Shown here piece by piece: positions 48,635 through 58,380 of a DNA stretch of 64,000 bases. The DNA comes from Promethearchaeota archaeon (lineage in GTDB: Archaea; Asgardarchaeota; Lokiarchaeia; Sigyniarchaeales; SOKP01): NCBI GenBank assembly GCA_048937405.1, contig JBHLNF010000001.1, positions 192,001 through 256,000 on the forward strand, read 5' to 3'. Made by a program: the position numbers and the translations under genes. Below the pieces are notes generated by a model. That model was not told where the DNA came from. It saw nothing but the letters and a program-made list of their open reading frames with translations, and ran no database searches. Each line of letters starts with the position of its first letter. Positions within the stretch are counted from its first letter, which is position 1.

Positions 48635-49180
48635 ATGATTATTTCAATTTCAGGTCTACATGGAACTGGGAAATCAACAATTGGAAAATTAATTGCCAAA
48701 AAATTGCGTATTCAATATTATAGTACTGGACAAGCTTTTAGAGATCTTGCGTTAGAAAAGAACATGACATTAGAAGAATTTTCTAAATTTGTCGAGGAGA
48801 ATCCTGAAATTGATAAAGAATTAGATAAGAAAGTAATTAGAATTGCTCAGAAAGGAAATATTATTATCGATAGTCAACTAAGTGGACACATCTTAAAAAC
48901 TATTGCAGATTTTAAGATTATGTTAGTTTGTCCGTTAGAAATCAGAGTTAAACGAATGACTGAAAGAGATGGAACATCATATGATGAAAAAATAAAAGAA
49001 ACTCAAATAAGAGAGAAATCAGAATTAGAACGATTTAAACATCTCTATAATATTGATTTGAACGATAAAAAGGAAACTCAAAAATTATTTGATCTTATTA
49101 TAAATACAGAAAATCTCACAGTAAAAGAAATTACAGATAAAATTTTATTAGCTTTGGAAAAAGGTAAACTGATTAATTAG
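48635..49180 (+). CDS. cmk: Cytidylate kinase (archaeal type)
   Basis: ISGLHGTGKST, STGQAFR, R.KSELERF..LYNID; position between eL34 and eL14. Confidence 0.92.
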   Translation: MIISISGLHGTGKSTIGKLIAKKLRIQYYSTGQAFRDLALEKNMTLEEFSKFVEENPEIDKELDKKVIRIAQKGNIIIDSQLSGHILKTIADFKIMLVCPLEIRVKRMTERDGTSYDEKIKETQIREKSELERFKHLYNIDLNDKKETQKLFDLIINTENLTVKEITDKILLALEKGKLIN

Positions 49181-49308
49181 TTTCAAAAATCATAAAAATT
49201 TTATTTTTGTAATTATTTTTTATATCACTAAAAATTTAATATGTTTACTGGATTTTTTATAGAGCCAGTAATTAAGAGATATATAAAAATAATTTGGTGA
49301 CAAATTAT

Positions 49309-49581
49309 ATGAGTGTATATGATATTGGTAGATTATGCGTAAAAACTATGGGAAGAGAAGCGGGATACTACTGTGTTATCGTTGATATAATAGATAAAAA
49401 TTACTTACTAATTGATGGACTGAAAATTAGAAGAAGAAGAGTAAATTACAAGCACATTGAACCGATAGCAGAAGTATTGGATATTAAAAAAGGTGCATCA
49501 CATGAACAAATTCAGACAGCAATTAAACAAGCTAAATTAGAAAAAAAAATGAGTGAAGTTGTTTCCATTCCCACTAAATAA
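49309..49581 (+). CDS. rpl14e: 50S ribosomal protein eL14
   Basis: IGRLCVKTMGREAG..CVIVDIIDKN, RRRVNYKHIEP. Confidence 0.96.
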   Translation: MSVYDIGRLCVKTMGREAGYYCVIVDIIDKNYLLIDGLKIRRRRVNYKHIEPIAEVLDIKKGASHEQIQTAIKQAKLEKKMSEVVSIPTK

Positions 49582-49631
49582 TTAAATAAAATCATATCTT
49601 AAATAATATTTTATTCTTAAATTTTTTTCAT

Positions 49632-49762
49632 GCAACGGTTGCCTAGCCTGGTACGGCGCCGGCTTGGAGTATTATCCCTTCCAGAAAGCCGGTGTGGGTA
49701 TCCACTCGGGGGTTCGATCTATAAGAAGATTCTTCTTGCAGGAATAAATCCCTCCCGTTGCG
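49632..49762 (+). tRNA. tRNA-Ser (GGA) with two introns (49670-49686 at 37/38; 49718-49747 in T-loop)
   Basis: Acceptor GCAACGG/CCGTTGC, G73, anticodon GGA 49666-68, long variable arm, BHB-type junctions. Confidence 0.88.
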
Positions 49763-49788
49763 TATTCCTTATAATTTCCCTAAATATC

Positions 49789-50394
49789 TTAAACGTCTGG
49801 GAACTCTAATGCTTTTGCTTTTTGCCCTGCAAACATACCACCCATCCCTCCAGAAGCTTGAGATTGAATCTTTAATAATCTTTGAACAAGTGTGTTTAGT
49901 CCCAATGAACATAAGAAATACCAAGCTGTAAAATTTATAAAAATTGAACCCTTTGCGCCTATCCAGGTTCCTATCAATGGAACATCATTTGCATGCATCG
50001 GAGACAATGCGACAGGTCCACTTCCAAAAATACTTCGAACTATCAAAAATATAATCATCATTGGAAGAAATTGTAGACACGAGGGTTTCATTCTCTGAAG
50101 GGACATCCGTTGCTGGGTTTTTTTAATCATAATATCTTTACGTTCCCATTTTTTTCGAGCTTTTCTATACCGTTCAGGATCGGTTTCTGCTAATTCTATT
50201 ACCTTTTGTTTTTCCTCTTGATGTGCTTTAATTATCTTTTGTTTACGATTAATTTCTTCAGCATCAATCAACCATCTATTCAAAATAGCAGAAATAACTG
50301 CTGTTGTCATGGCTAATATCAATATAAAAAACATCGAACCGGGGGGTGTTTCTATTAAATCCAAAAAAGCATTCTTAAAAATTAAAGATAACAT
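49789..50394 (-). CDS. EMC3/TMCO1/Get1 (DUF106) membrane insertase
   Basis: TM-coiled coil-TM layout, MKPS..QFLPM, WYFLCS; next to secY. Confidence 0.9.
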   Translation of the reverse strand: MLSLIFKNAFLDLIETPPGSMFFILILAMTTAVISAILNRWLIDAEEINRKQKIIKAHQEEKQKVIELAETDPERYRKARKKWERKDIMIKKTQQRMSLQRMKPSCLQFLPMMIIFLIVRSIFGSGPVALSPMHANDVPLIGTWIGAKGSIFINFTAWYFLCSLGLNTLVQRLLKIQSQASGGMGGMFAGQKAKALEFPDV

Positions 50395-50566
50395 CTCTAT
50401 ATTTTATTATATTGAAATTATTATAAAGTTTTCAGAACATCTTCATTTCTTATGGATAATCTAAAAAGTCGAATATTCTGGATTTCTCACCTTTTTTATA
50501 TATAATTATTATTGAAATGGAGAGATACTCTCGAGATTAATCTGGTGTAATTTTTAAAGAAAACAG

Positions 50567-52030
50567 CTAATCCATACCTAACAAAGAGCGCATGCCTGGA
50601 TATTGACTCGCAGCTATCTCCTTCGATATTGTCTCGGCATAATTATGAATTATTCCAATTGCAATCAAAAGCCCCGTACCTGAAGTCAATGCACCTAAAG
50701 TATCCGCACTAAAACTTAACACTGCAATAATAATTCCATTAAGAATAACGAGTGTTGGAATATATCTCTTTAAGATTCGCTCAATAATTTTACTTGAACT
50801 CCTGAACCCTGGCACCTGCATCTTCGAATCTATTATTTGTTGGGCAATATCTCTTGGAGCAAGGCCCGAAACCTCCACCCACACACGACCGAGTATTATA
50901 CAGAGGAATATAAAGATGATAAGATATATTATTGCTTTGAATGGATCCTCATATGCCTGTACAAGCCCTAATGGTGGAGTAAGATAATAAATCAAGCCGT
51001 AAATTGGGACTAATTGGCTTCCTTGACCCGACTCCACAGTCTTAAATTTTCCTATTATATCAACCCAAAATTCAGGGATAACTCCACCACGTAACCAACC
51101 ATCAGGACCAGCCATTAATTGCCCAAAGAACAGAATGTTCGCATATAAAGCATTTACTAAAATAACTGGAATATTTGAAACATATAGGAGCTTCATTGGA
51201 TATTTCCCTTTAAACCCTCGATAACCTCGATATGCAAGTGGGATCTCAACTCGGGTTGATTCAAACCAGATTACCACTAAGAATATAACAATAGTTGTAA
51301 TGATTCCTAATAATGACGGCAACCTATTTCCTCTAAAGAAAAGCTCTCCTACTTGTGTTTTAGAATTATTATCAAATATCGAAGTAAAAAATGCGAGAAC
51401 AATTCCTCTTGGAAGGCTATCAGGAGCGGGAGCAAAACTAAAACAGTTCCAAAATATCTGACCAGCAACTCCTGCCGCGATAAACAGGGAAACACCACTA
51501 CCTAAACCCCATCCTTTTTGAAGAACTTCATCTAAGAGAATAATAATTATTCCTGCAAATAATAACTGAAAAAAAATAAAAAAAAATCCGTCTATCCCTA
51601 TTGTTGAAAGTTCACCAAAAGCACCTCCAAGAATATAGGCAAGTGCATTAAAGATTGTCAAAAACACAGCAAGAACTTTTTGAGCTCCGCTAAACATAGC
51701 TCTATCATATGGATCAGCCATATTCACATTAATTATCTTTGCTCCTAATAACAATTGCATGATAAGACCTGCAGTAACTATTGGGCCTATCCCTAATTCT
51801 GTCAATGTACCTCTTTGACTTGCCAGAATAACACGTAACCAATAATAATAATCTGTTGATTGAGTTTTATCTACTCCATATAACGGAACATTACTTAATA
51901 TTAAATAAATAATAAGAACAAGAGCAGTCCAAATAAATTTTTCTTTAAAAGAGACCTCACGCTGTGGTTGTTTGATCTCTGGCATAACTTTCACAAAAGG
52001 AGTGAAAAATCTAAGAAACTTTCCAGTCAT
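50567..52030 (-). CDS. secY: Preprotein translocase SecY/Sec61alpha
   Basis: ELGIGPIVTAG, GWGLGSGVSLFI, YP.KLLYVSNIP, SGTGLLI. Confidence 0.98.
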   Translation of the reverse strand: MTGKFLRFFTPFVKVMPEIKQPQREVSFKEKFIWTALVLIIYLILSNVPLYGVDKTQSTDYYYWLRVILASQRGTLTELGIGPIVTAGLIMQLLLGAKIINVNMADPYDRAMFSGAQKVLAVFLTIFNALAYILGGAFGELSTIGIDGFFFIFFQLLFAGIIIILLDEVLQKGWGLGSGVSLFIAAGVAGQIFWNCFSFAPAPDSLPRGIVLAFFTSIFDNNSKTQVGELFFRGNRLPSLLGIITTIVIFLVVIWFESTRVEIPLAYRGYRGFKGKYPMKLLYVSNIPVILVNALYANILFFGQLMAGPDGWLRGGVIPEFWVDIIGKFKTVESGQGSQLVPIYGLIYYLTPPLGLVQAYEDPFKAIIYLIIFIFLCIILGRVWVEVSGLAPRDIAQQIIDSKMQVPGFRSSSKIIERILKRYIPTLVILNGIIIAVLSFSADTLGALTSGTGLLIAIGIIHNYAETISKEIAASQYPGMRSLLGMD

Positions 52031-52398
52031 AGGTCATCAATAGGGGGGTCTTTTTTGATAATTTCATTCAGTTTATAAAATCATCTTCTTAACTTTCAGA
52101 TGTAATATAAAAAAAAATAGAATTTAAAAAAAAGTTTGTGCTTTACCATAGCACTAAATACGATAATGATACCACTATTTAAAATTGCTTCATATTCATT
52201 AGAAAAAAAGAAAATAAAAAAAATCTGATTCTTTTAGATTAAAATCTAAAGAAAATAGATGAAAATTATAAAGATTTTAATTAATCTAAAATTGTTTTAC
52301 AATTCTGTTCTAGGTGTTTTTTCTATTGCAAATTGTTTTTAAAAATTATCTATAAGATATTATTGTGGTTTTATAACTTCACCTTAATAATAGGGGGA

Positions 52399-52689
52399 TT
52401 AAAAGAGACTTCCAATCCCTGTTGGCTCTTCTTCTTCAGTTTCTTCTTCTTTTTTGGGTTCTGCTTTTTTATCCTCTACAGCACCTCCAGTCGCGACAGC
52501 AGTTACAGGTACCGCACTAGCAGATTTTATAATATCTTCTATGTTTTTCCCCTTTAATCCTGCAATAAGCTTTTCAATTTCCGATTTATCAATCTTCGCA
52601 CCCGCAGCATTTAACACCTTTTCTACATTTGACTGGTTAATCTTCCCACCAACTTTGTGAAGCAATAAAGCGGCATAGATACTTTCCAT
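52399..52689 (-). CDS. rpl12: Ribosomal stalk protein P1/aL12
   Basis: MESIYAALLL...EEEEPTGIGSLF. Confidence 0.96.
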   Translation of the reverse strand: MESIYAALLLHKVGGKINQSNVEKVLNAAGAKIDKSEIEKLIAGLKGKNIEDIIKSASAVPVTAVATGGAVEDKKAEPKKEEETEEEEPTGIGSLF

Positions 52690-52764
52690 ATTTTATAACC
52701 TCTTTTTTATTTTTTTTATCATTTTATTTGTAATTTTAATTGAAATTTAATAAAGATCTAATTT

Positions 52765-53658
52765 TTATCCAAATAATCCTCCAATACCAACACTTTCAGA
52801 TTCTTCTTCCTCCTCTGGTTCTTTTTCCTCAACTTTAGGTTTCTCCACTTCAGTTGGAGTGGGAATTCCTTCTCCGAAAATAACAGCATTTAAGGTATTT
52901 AATTCAGCAGCAGCTTTTCGAATATATTCCTCTGTCATATCATCTAGGAAGAAAGGCATCTCGAATACGATCCCCAGTGCTTCTCGATAAGCTCTAGACA
53001 CATTTTGAGCAAATTGTTCCATATCCATATATAATATCTCTTCTGGTATAATTTCTCCATCACTCCACGCAAAATGAATTTTAATCAATGATTCAATAGG
53101 CGTTATTCCTAGTTTTTTCAAAACTGCTGCTTGTTTCACATTAACTAAATCACCTGCTTTATGGGTTCTGGTATCTTCACGAACGTGAATTGTATCATTC
53201 ATTATTCTTGTAGGAAGTCTTAAAATCATGTTCAGTTCACTTATTACTTGTCCCGTAGGTAATCCAGTATCTCCGGCTGGAACCCATATATCTACTGGAG
53301 TAATTTCATTTGGTTTTGCTGGAACCCTCCATTCATTTTCAAGAAAAATGGATTTTAACTCGAATAAATCAATATTTGTGAAAACTAGACTTGATTGACC
53401 CGGGATATTCTGTGCTAATTCTTCTAAATTTTTCTTTTTAGATTTTTTTTTAAATTCTTCTATTGCTCGTAGTTGGAGGGATCTTTTTGACATTCGAAAT
53501 TCTGCTCTCCCTCTTAACATCTTCCTCATCGTCTGGATTTGTTTATCACTAATATGAGCAACTTCTATTACAGCAACATTCTTATAATTTTTAAATAAAT
53601 CAATTAAATAATTAATCTCATCAATTTTCCATTGTGGAATATGTTTGTTTTTAATCAT
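52765..53658 (-). CDS. rpl10: Ribosomal protein uL10/P0
   Basis: IPQWK, PAGDTGLPTG, acidic GIGGLFG tail. Confidence 0.96.
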   Translation of the reverse strand: MIKNKHIPQWKIDEINYLIDLFKNYKNVAVIEVAHISDKQIQTMRKMLRGRAEFRMSKRSLQLRAIEEFKKKSKKKNLEELAQNIPGQSSLVFTNIDLFELKSIFLENEWRVPAKPNEITPVDIWVPAGDTGLPTGQVISELNMILRLPTRIMNDTIHVREDTRTHKAGDLVNVKQAAVLKKLGITPIESLIKIHFAWSDGEIIPEEILYMDMEQFAQNVSRAYREALGIVFEMPFFLDDMTEEYIRKAAAELNTLNAVIFGEGIPTPTEVEKPKVEEKEPEEEEESESVGIGGLFG

Positions 53659-53662
53659 CTCT

Positions 53663-54391
53663 TCACACCTTGATAGTTTTTAGGAATTCTTCTTGCACTT
53701 TTACAGGTTTTCCCATGGTTGATTTAAGATACATGGATTTAAAATTATTAAATTTATGGGGCATTTGATCAGCGATAAAATCTATAACGGTTTTCATATT
53801 TTCATATAATTTTTCCTGTTCCATAGATTTTTTCCCTATCTTGATAAAAATGATAGGCTGTCTTCTCATTTGAATTCGTATAACCTTTTTATAACGTTCA
53901 TAAGCTAGCTTTAAATCTTCTGGACTAGTAATTATTCCATATCCTGTAGGGAAAGGTTTTGGCATTTTTCCAACAGGTCCGAGAAATCTTGCCAAATATC
54001 TCGCAACATCCCTCATCATTTTATCTTCAACAACAAAATAATCATATTTTTTGGCAAATTTTTTCTTAAATTTCTTCTCCTCATTATTTATACTTACCAG
54101 CCCATTTGAATCTACTGTATCTACACCAAGTTTTTTCGCTTCTAATAGGATCTCATCGGAGGCGATTACGCAAATATTCGGTTTATCCCCTGTAATAACT
54201 TCATTTGTTAATATAATTTCTTTATCAATTCTGTTTTTTGGATCGTTCAAATTGATGTCTTTAATATTTATGATAAGATCAATTGATTCATCAAATTTTC
54301 TTACCTTATCTTTGAACCCTTCCTTTTTAATTACAGAAAAATCGATTGCGGCATTCAATGATCTTTTTAACAATTTATCGTCTACTTTCAA
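53663..54391 (-). CDS. rpl1: Ribosomal protein uL1
   Basis: RKFDESIDL, LGPVGKMPKP, KSTMGKP. Confidence 0.96.
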   Translation of the reverse strand: MKVDDKLLKRSLNAAIDFSVIKKEGFKDKVRKFDESIDLIINIKDINLNDPKNRIDKEIILTNEVITGDKPNICVIASDEILLEAKKLGVDTVDSNGLVSINNEEKKFKKKFAKKYDYFVVEDKMMRDVARYLARFLGPVGKMPKPFPTGYGIITSPEDLKLAYERYKKVIRIQMRRQPIIFIKIGKKSMEQEKLYENMKTVIDFIADQMPHKFNNFKSMYLKSTMGKPVKVQEEFLKTIKV

Positions 54392-54397
54392 GCTTTC

Positions 54398-54892
54398 TTA
54401 TTCACCCTTTATGTTATCACTATATTCTCCATTTGTAATTCGTTTTTGAATAATTCTAGGATCTTCCCCTTCAACGGTCAAACCTACTGATAAAGCGGTT
54501 CCTAAAACTGTTTTAATTGCTGCTTTATTTGTTTTATCTAAGAATTTCTCTTTCTTCGCATCAACCACATTTTGAATCTGTTCTAAAGTTAGGTTACCAA
54601 TTTTCTGTTCGGAACAACTAGAACTCCCTTTTTCAACTCCTACTTCTTTAAGCAATAATGATGCGGTAGAGGGTGTTTCAATAAATATTTCAAATTCTTT
54701 TGTCTCTGGATCGCATTCAATTCTAACTGGAACTGTCAATCCCTTAAATACTTTTGTCTGTGCGTTAATTTCATCAACTACATCTTTGATATTTATACCA
54801 GTCGGTCCTACAGCAGGACCAATTGGAGGTCCCCCACTTGCACTTCCTCCAGTTACCAATGCTTTAACGATAACTTTTCCCTTTTCACTCAT
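54398..54892 (-). CDS. rpl11: Ribosomal protein uL11
   Basis: GGSASGGPPIGPAVGP, PSTASLL, GTALSVG. Confidence 0.97.
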   Translation of the reverse strand: MSEKGKVIVKALVTGGSASGGPPIGPAVGPTGINIKDVVDEINAQTKVFKGLTVPVRIECDPETKEFEIFIETPSTASLLLKEVGVEKGSSSCSEQKIGNLTLEQIQNVVDAKKEKFLDKTNKAAIKTVLGTALSVGLTVEGEDPRIIQKRITNGEYSDNIKGE

Positions 54893-55421
54893 TTTATGTC
54901 AGTCTTCTAATTATTTTTAAATTCAATGTTGATTTATAAAGGATAAGGAGCGTAAAAATATACGATATCATCTTTTTTTCATTTCAATATCTTAATTTAT
55001 ATTGAAACCGTTTTATTATTACGTCCTAAGTCTCTTTAAAATTACTTGAACTTAGTAATTATGTGAATGAAATAATGTTAAAAAATTTTTTTAAATTAAG
55101 AATAGAATGAACTCCTTCTAATTTTTCAATATGGATATTTAATAACTGGTTTCTAAAATGGTAAAAATAAACGGATAATCAAAATCTTTTGTATTAATTC
55201 CAATGATTTATTATTAGTATGGGTGGATTTTAACCTTTTATAGAGATCTATCTTTCATGGAAATAATTGGCTCTAGAAATTATAAATATTTTTTATTTTT
55301 AAGGGCTATTCATAATTCATAGATGATTATATCCATTAATAAAAGTTTAAAAAAAAAATTGGCTTATATTTAATATTAATCTTGAAAAAGTAATTTCAGT
55401 CTCCTCAACGGGGGATTAAGA

Positions 55422-55961
55422 ATTTCATTTGATTTTACCTATAAATTAGGTGTTTTTGGCGATACTGGTGTTGGAAAAACAACTCTAATTCATCGTTTTA
55501 TCACAGATAAATTTGAGTTAGACCTTGGTAGGTCTATGGGAGTCAATGTCAGCGCTAAAACCATAGATATAGAAGGTTTTGCTATAAATTTACAAATATG
55601 GGATTTTGTAGGTGAGCAGCGTTTCAAAAAACTTTTACCAATCTATTCTCGAGGGACTTTTGGAGGAATATTTATGTATGATATTTCTAATAAGACTTCC
55701 CTGTTAAACTTAATTGAGTGGATATCCATTTTTCATAATACACCGGGAGATAATAAAGATTCACCAATTTTAATCGTAGGAAGTAAATTAGATTTGGAGT
55801 TGGAGTCTAATAGAAAAGTATATCTTGAGGATGTATCTAATTTATCAAATTCTTATGAAATCATAGATATTATTGAATGTTCCGCAAAAACAGGTGAGAA
55901 TGTAGAAAAAGTATTTTTAACTTTAGTTCATGAGATTATCGCAAGATCAACCTATTTATAA
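55422..55961 (+). CDS. Rab-like small GTPase; P-loop lies upstream of the ORF call, apparent ATT start
   Basis: In-frame SFDFTYKLGVFGDTGVGKTT at 55425-55484; WDFVGEQRF, GSKLD, ECSAKTG. Confidence 0.88.
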   Translation: MSFDFTYKLGVFGDTGVGKTTLIHRFITDKFELDLGRSMGVNVSAKTIDIEGFAINLQIWDFVGEQRFKKLLPIYSRGTFGGIFMYDISNKTSLLNLIEWISIFHNTPGDNKDSPILIVGSKLDLELESNRKVYLEDVSNLSNSYEIIDIIECSAKTGENVEKVFLTLVHEIIARSTYL

Positions 55962-56000
55962 AATTATATCTTAGAAAATCTCTTAAATATACTATAGTTA

Positions 56001-56183
56001 TTACCGACAGCATAATCTACGACCATGATTTAAATCGCATTTCATATATTCCTCAGATAATATATTTAAAATTGTCTCATGATCTAAATTAGTCTTTTTC
56101 CTAATATCCTCTATTTCAATCCCTGGAGTTGCTATTAGTTTAAAAATTTCCTTCTTTACTTCCTCACTTACTTCTTGGCTCAT
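56001..56183 (-). CDS. 60-aa hypothetical protein (HTH-like, ends in RRLCCR)
   Basis: Co-oriented just downstream of cheB. Confidence 0.55.
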   Translation of the reverse strand: MSQEVSEEVKKEIFKLIATPGIEIEDIRKKTNLDHETILNILSEEYMKCDLNHGRRLCCR

Positions 56184-56216
56184 TATATTAAACCTGTTAG
56201 CATTAATTAATAAATT

Positions 56217-57359
56217 TTAACTTACAAATCTAATTATTTCATCAGCAATTTTATAATTAGGTATTATTAAATTCGCTGCCCCTGTTTCAGCAGCTACTCT
56301 CGGCATTCCATATAATACACTTGTTTCCTCAGATTCAGCAATAGTCTTACCACCTTCTTGTCTAATTGCCATTAACCCTGCAGCACCATCAGCTCCCATA
56401 CCGGTTAATAAAATTCCGAGAGTTTTATGCTTATATACTCGTGCTGTGGAATAAAATAACACATCAACAGAAGGTCTACAAAAATTGACAGGTTCTCCTT
56501 CAAAGGTTCGAACACAAGGTTTGTTATTTTTTACCGTCACTTGCATATGTTTATCTCCTGGAGAAAAATAGATTGTGCCTGGTGCAATTTCCTCGTAATT
56601 TGCTCCTATTTTTACATTCATTTTACATGCATCTTTTAATGACATAACAAGTTGGCGCATGAAAAGATGATTTATATGTTGAACAACTAAAATTGGTGCA
56701 GGAAAATTAGCAGGAATATCACTGAGAATTGTTCTTAACGTTCTAGGACCCCCTACACTTGCCCCAATAACGATGATGCAGCTAGGTATTTCTGCTAGAC
56801 CAATAAATGTTCTCTCTAAAAAAAATTCTTCAGCTCGATCCTTTAATGATGCTCTGGTTTCCTTATGTAATTTAATTTCACGAGTTTTTCTTAATTTCTG
56901 ACTTTTTTTAATAAAAGTATTTTTGTTCAACAATCTGGATTTACTATCAATTTTTTGTTTTTTGGGAATATCTGTTAATAAAATTTTAGATATTAAAATG
57001 TCCTTAATTTTAGGAAGTACTTCCTTCCATATTCCTATGGGTTTAACGATATAATCATAAGATTTTAGGATAATTGGTATTTCAATGGAATCGATGACTT
57101 TTGGATCTACATCCGTTAATATGATAGTTGGAATATTGAATTGCTTAATTAAAAGATTAAATGGAATTAACCATTCTTTACTTTTATATTCAATATCAAG
57201 AATTAGAACATCTACTTCTTTCGTTTTAATACTGTTGATTACTGCTTGCCCATTTCGTTCTATCCCCTCGACATTAATTTCATTATGTGAAGAAAGCATT
57301 TCAGATAATAAATTTCTACGAAAGGTTGATTCAGATGCAATTAATACTTTTTTCGGCAT
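56217..57359 (-). CDS. cheB: Chemotaxis-type methylesterase CheB with degenerate receiver domain
   Basis: GASVGGP, VVQH, RPSVDVLF, LTGMGADGA, YGMP. Confidence 0.9.
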   Translation of the reverse strand: MPKKVLIASESTFRRNLLSEMLSSHNEINVEGIERNGQAVINSIKTKEVDVLILDIEYKSKEWLIPFNLLIKQFNIPTIILTDVDPKVIDSIEIPIILKSYDYIVKPIGIWKEVLPKIKDILISKILLTDIPKKQKIDSKSRLLNKNTFIKKSQKLRKTREIKLHKETRASLKDRAEEFFLERTFIGLAEIPSCIIVIGASVGGPRTLRTILSDIPANFPAPILVVQHINHLFMRQLVMSLKDACKMNVKIGANYEEIAPGTIYFSPGDKHMQVTVKNNKPCVRTFEGEPVNFCRPSVDVLFYSTARVYKHKTLGILLTGMGADGAAGLMAIRQEGGKTIAESEETSVLYGMPRVAAETGAANLIIPNYKIADEIIRFVS

Positions 57360-57469
57360 TTTAGTTCTAATGGGCTCCTATTGAACATAATAAAAAATCT
57401 TGTATAAATACCTACTGATCATAAAAAATAATATTATTGCTTATTTGTTGGAATAATTCGATTTTATCT

Positions 57470-58147
57470 TTATTCTCCTAAAATTACCTTATGTGTAATA
57501 GTTCCAATTTGGTCTATGGATGCTTCAAGTACATCTCCTGGTTGGATTGGTCCAACTCCACTGGGGGTACCAGTTGCTACAATATCTCCAGGAACCAGTG
57601 TGATGAATTTAGAGAGATATGCTAGTATTTCTGGAATTTTAAAAATCATATACTTAGTATTTGATTTTTGACGAATCTCCCCATTTACTTTCAACTGAAT
57701 ATCTAAAGTATGTGGATCTTTTATCTCTTCTATTGATACTATGTTTGGACCAATTGGACCAAAAGAATCGAAATTTTTACTTCGATACCAGGGTAAATTC
57801 ATATTTCTATCACTTATCTGCATTTTCCTTGCTGTAATATCAAGAAAAACGGAGTATCCTCCAATAAAATCGTAACCTTGCTCAATTTGAATATTTTTAC
57901 ATGTTTTAGAAATCACAAATGCTAATTCGACTTCATGATCCACTTGATTATACTCTTGATCATTATATAACAACTTAGGATATATTATAGGATTCCCATC
58001 AGTTACCAATGTATTTACAGTTTTTACAAAAAATAATGGATTTTTAGGTATTTGTGATTTCATCTCCTTTGCATGCTCTACATAGTTCCGTCCTAAACAA
58101 AGGATTTTTGTTGGCTCAATCACTTTTTTTCCACTCTTAAAATTCAT
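57470..58147 (-). CDS. Fumarylacetoacetate hydrolase family protein
   Basis: GRNYVEH, DHEVEL, DITAR, SKNFD..GP, TGTPSGVG. Confidence 0.93.
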   Translation of the reverse strand: MNFKSGKKVIEPTKILCLGRNYVEHAKEMKSQIPKNPLFFVKTVNTLVTDGNPIIYPKLLYNDQEYNQVDHEVELAFVISKTCKNIQIEQGYDFIGGYSVFLDITARKMQISDRNMNLPWYRSKNFDSFGPIGPNIVSIEEIKDPHTLDIQLKVNGEIRQKSNTKYMIFKIPEILAYLSKFITLVPGDIVATGTPSGVGPIQPGDVLEASIDQIGTITHKVILGE

Positions 58148-58380
58148 TCTTTACTCGTCCTCTAAAATAAATCTAATTATAAAAGTACTCCTTTTAATAT
58201 TGTTTTCACAATTTTTTATAAAAAAAATAAATCCTTAATAAGTATTTATGATTTTTAATATTTCAAGAGATTAAAACTCTATAATTTCTTAGTTCTTTAC
58301 AGGAGAATTTCGCATCAACTAAATAAAAAAAAAAATAAAGATAACTACATCAATAAAATAAAAAATAATGATTAAATAAA

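Noticed and set aside
58148-58380. TPP riboswitch upstream of thiW
   Set aside because: No CUGAGA or other TPP aptamer consensus is visible.
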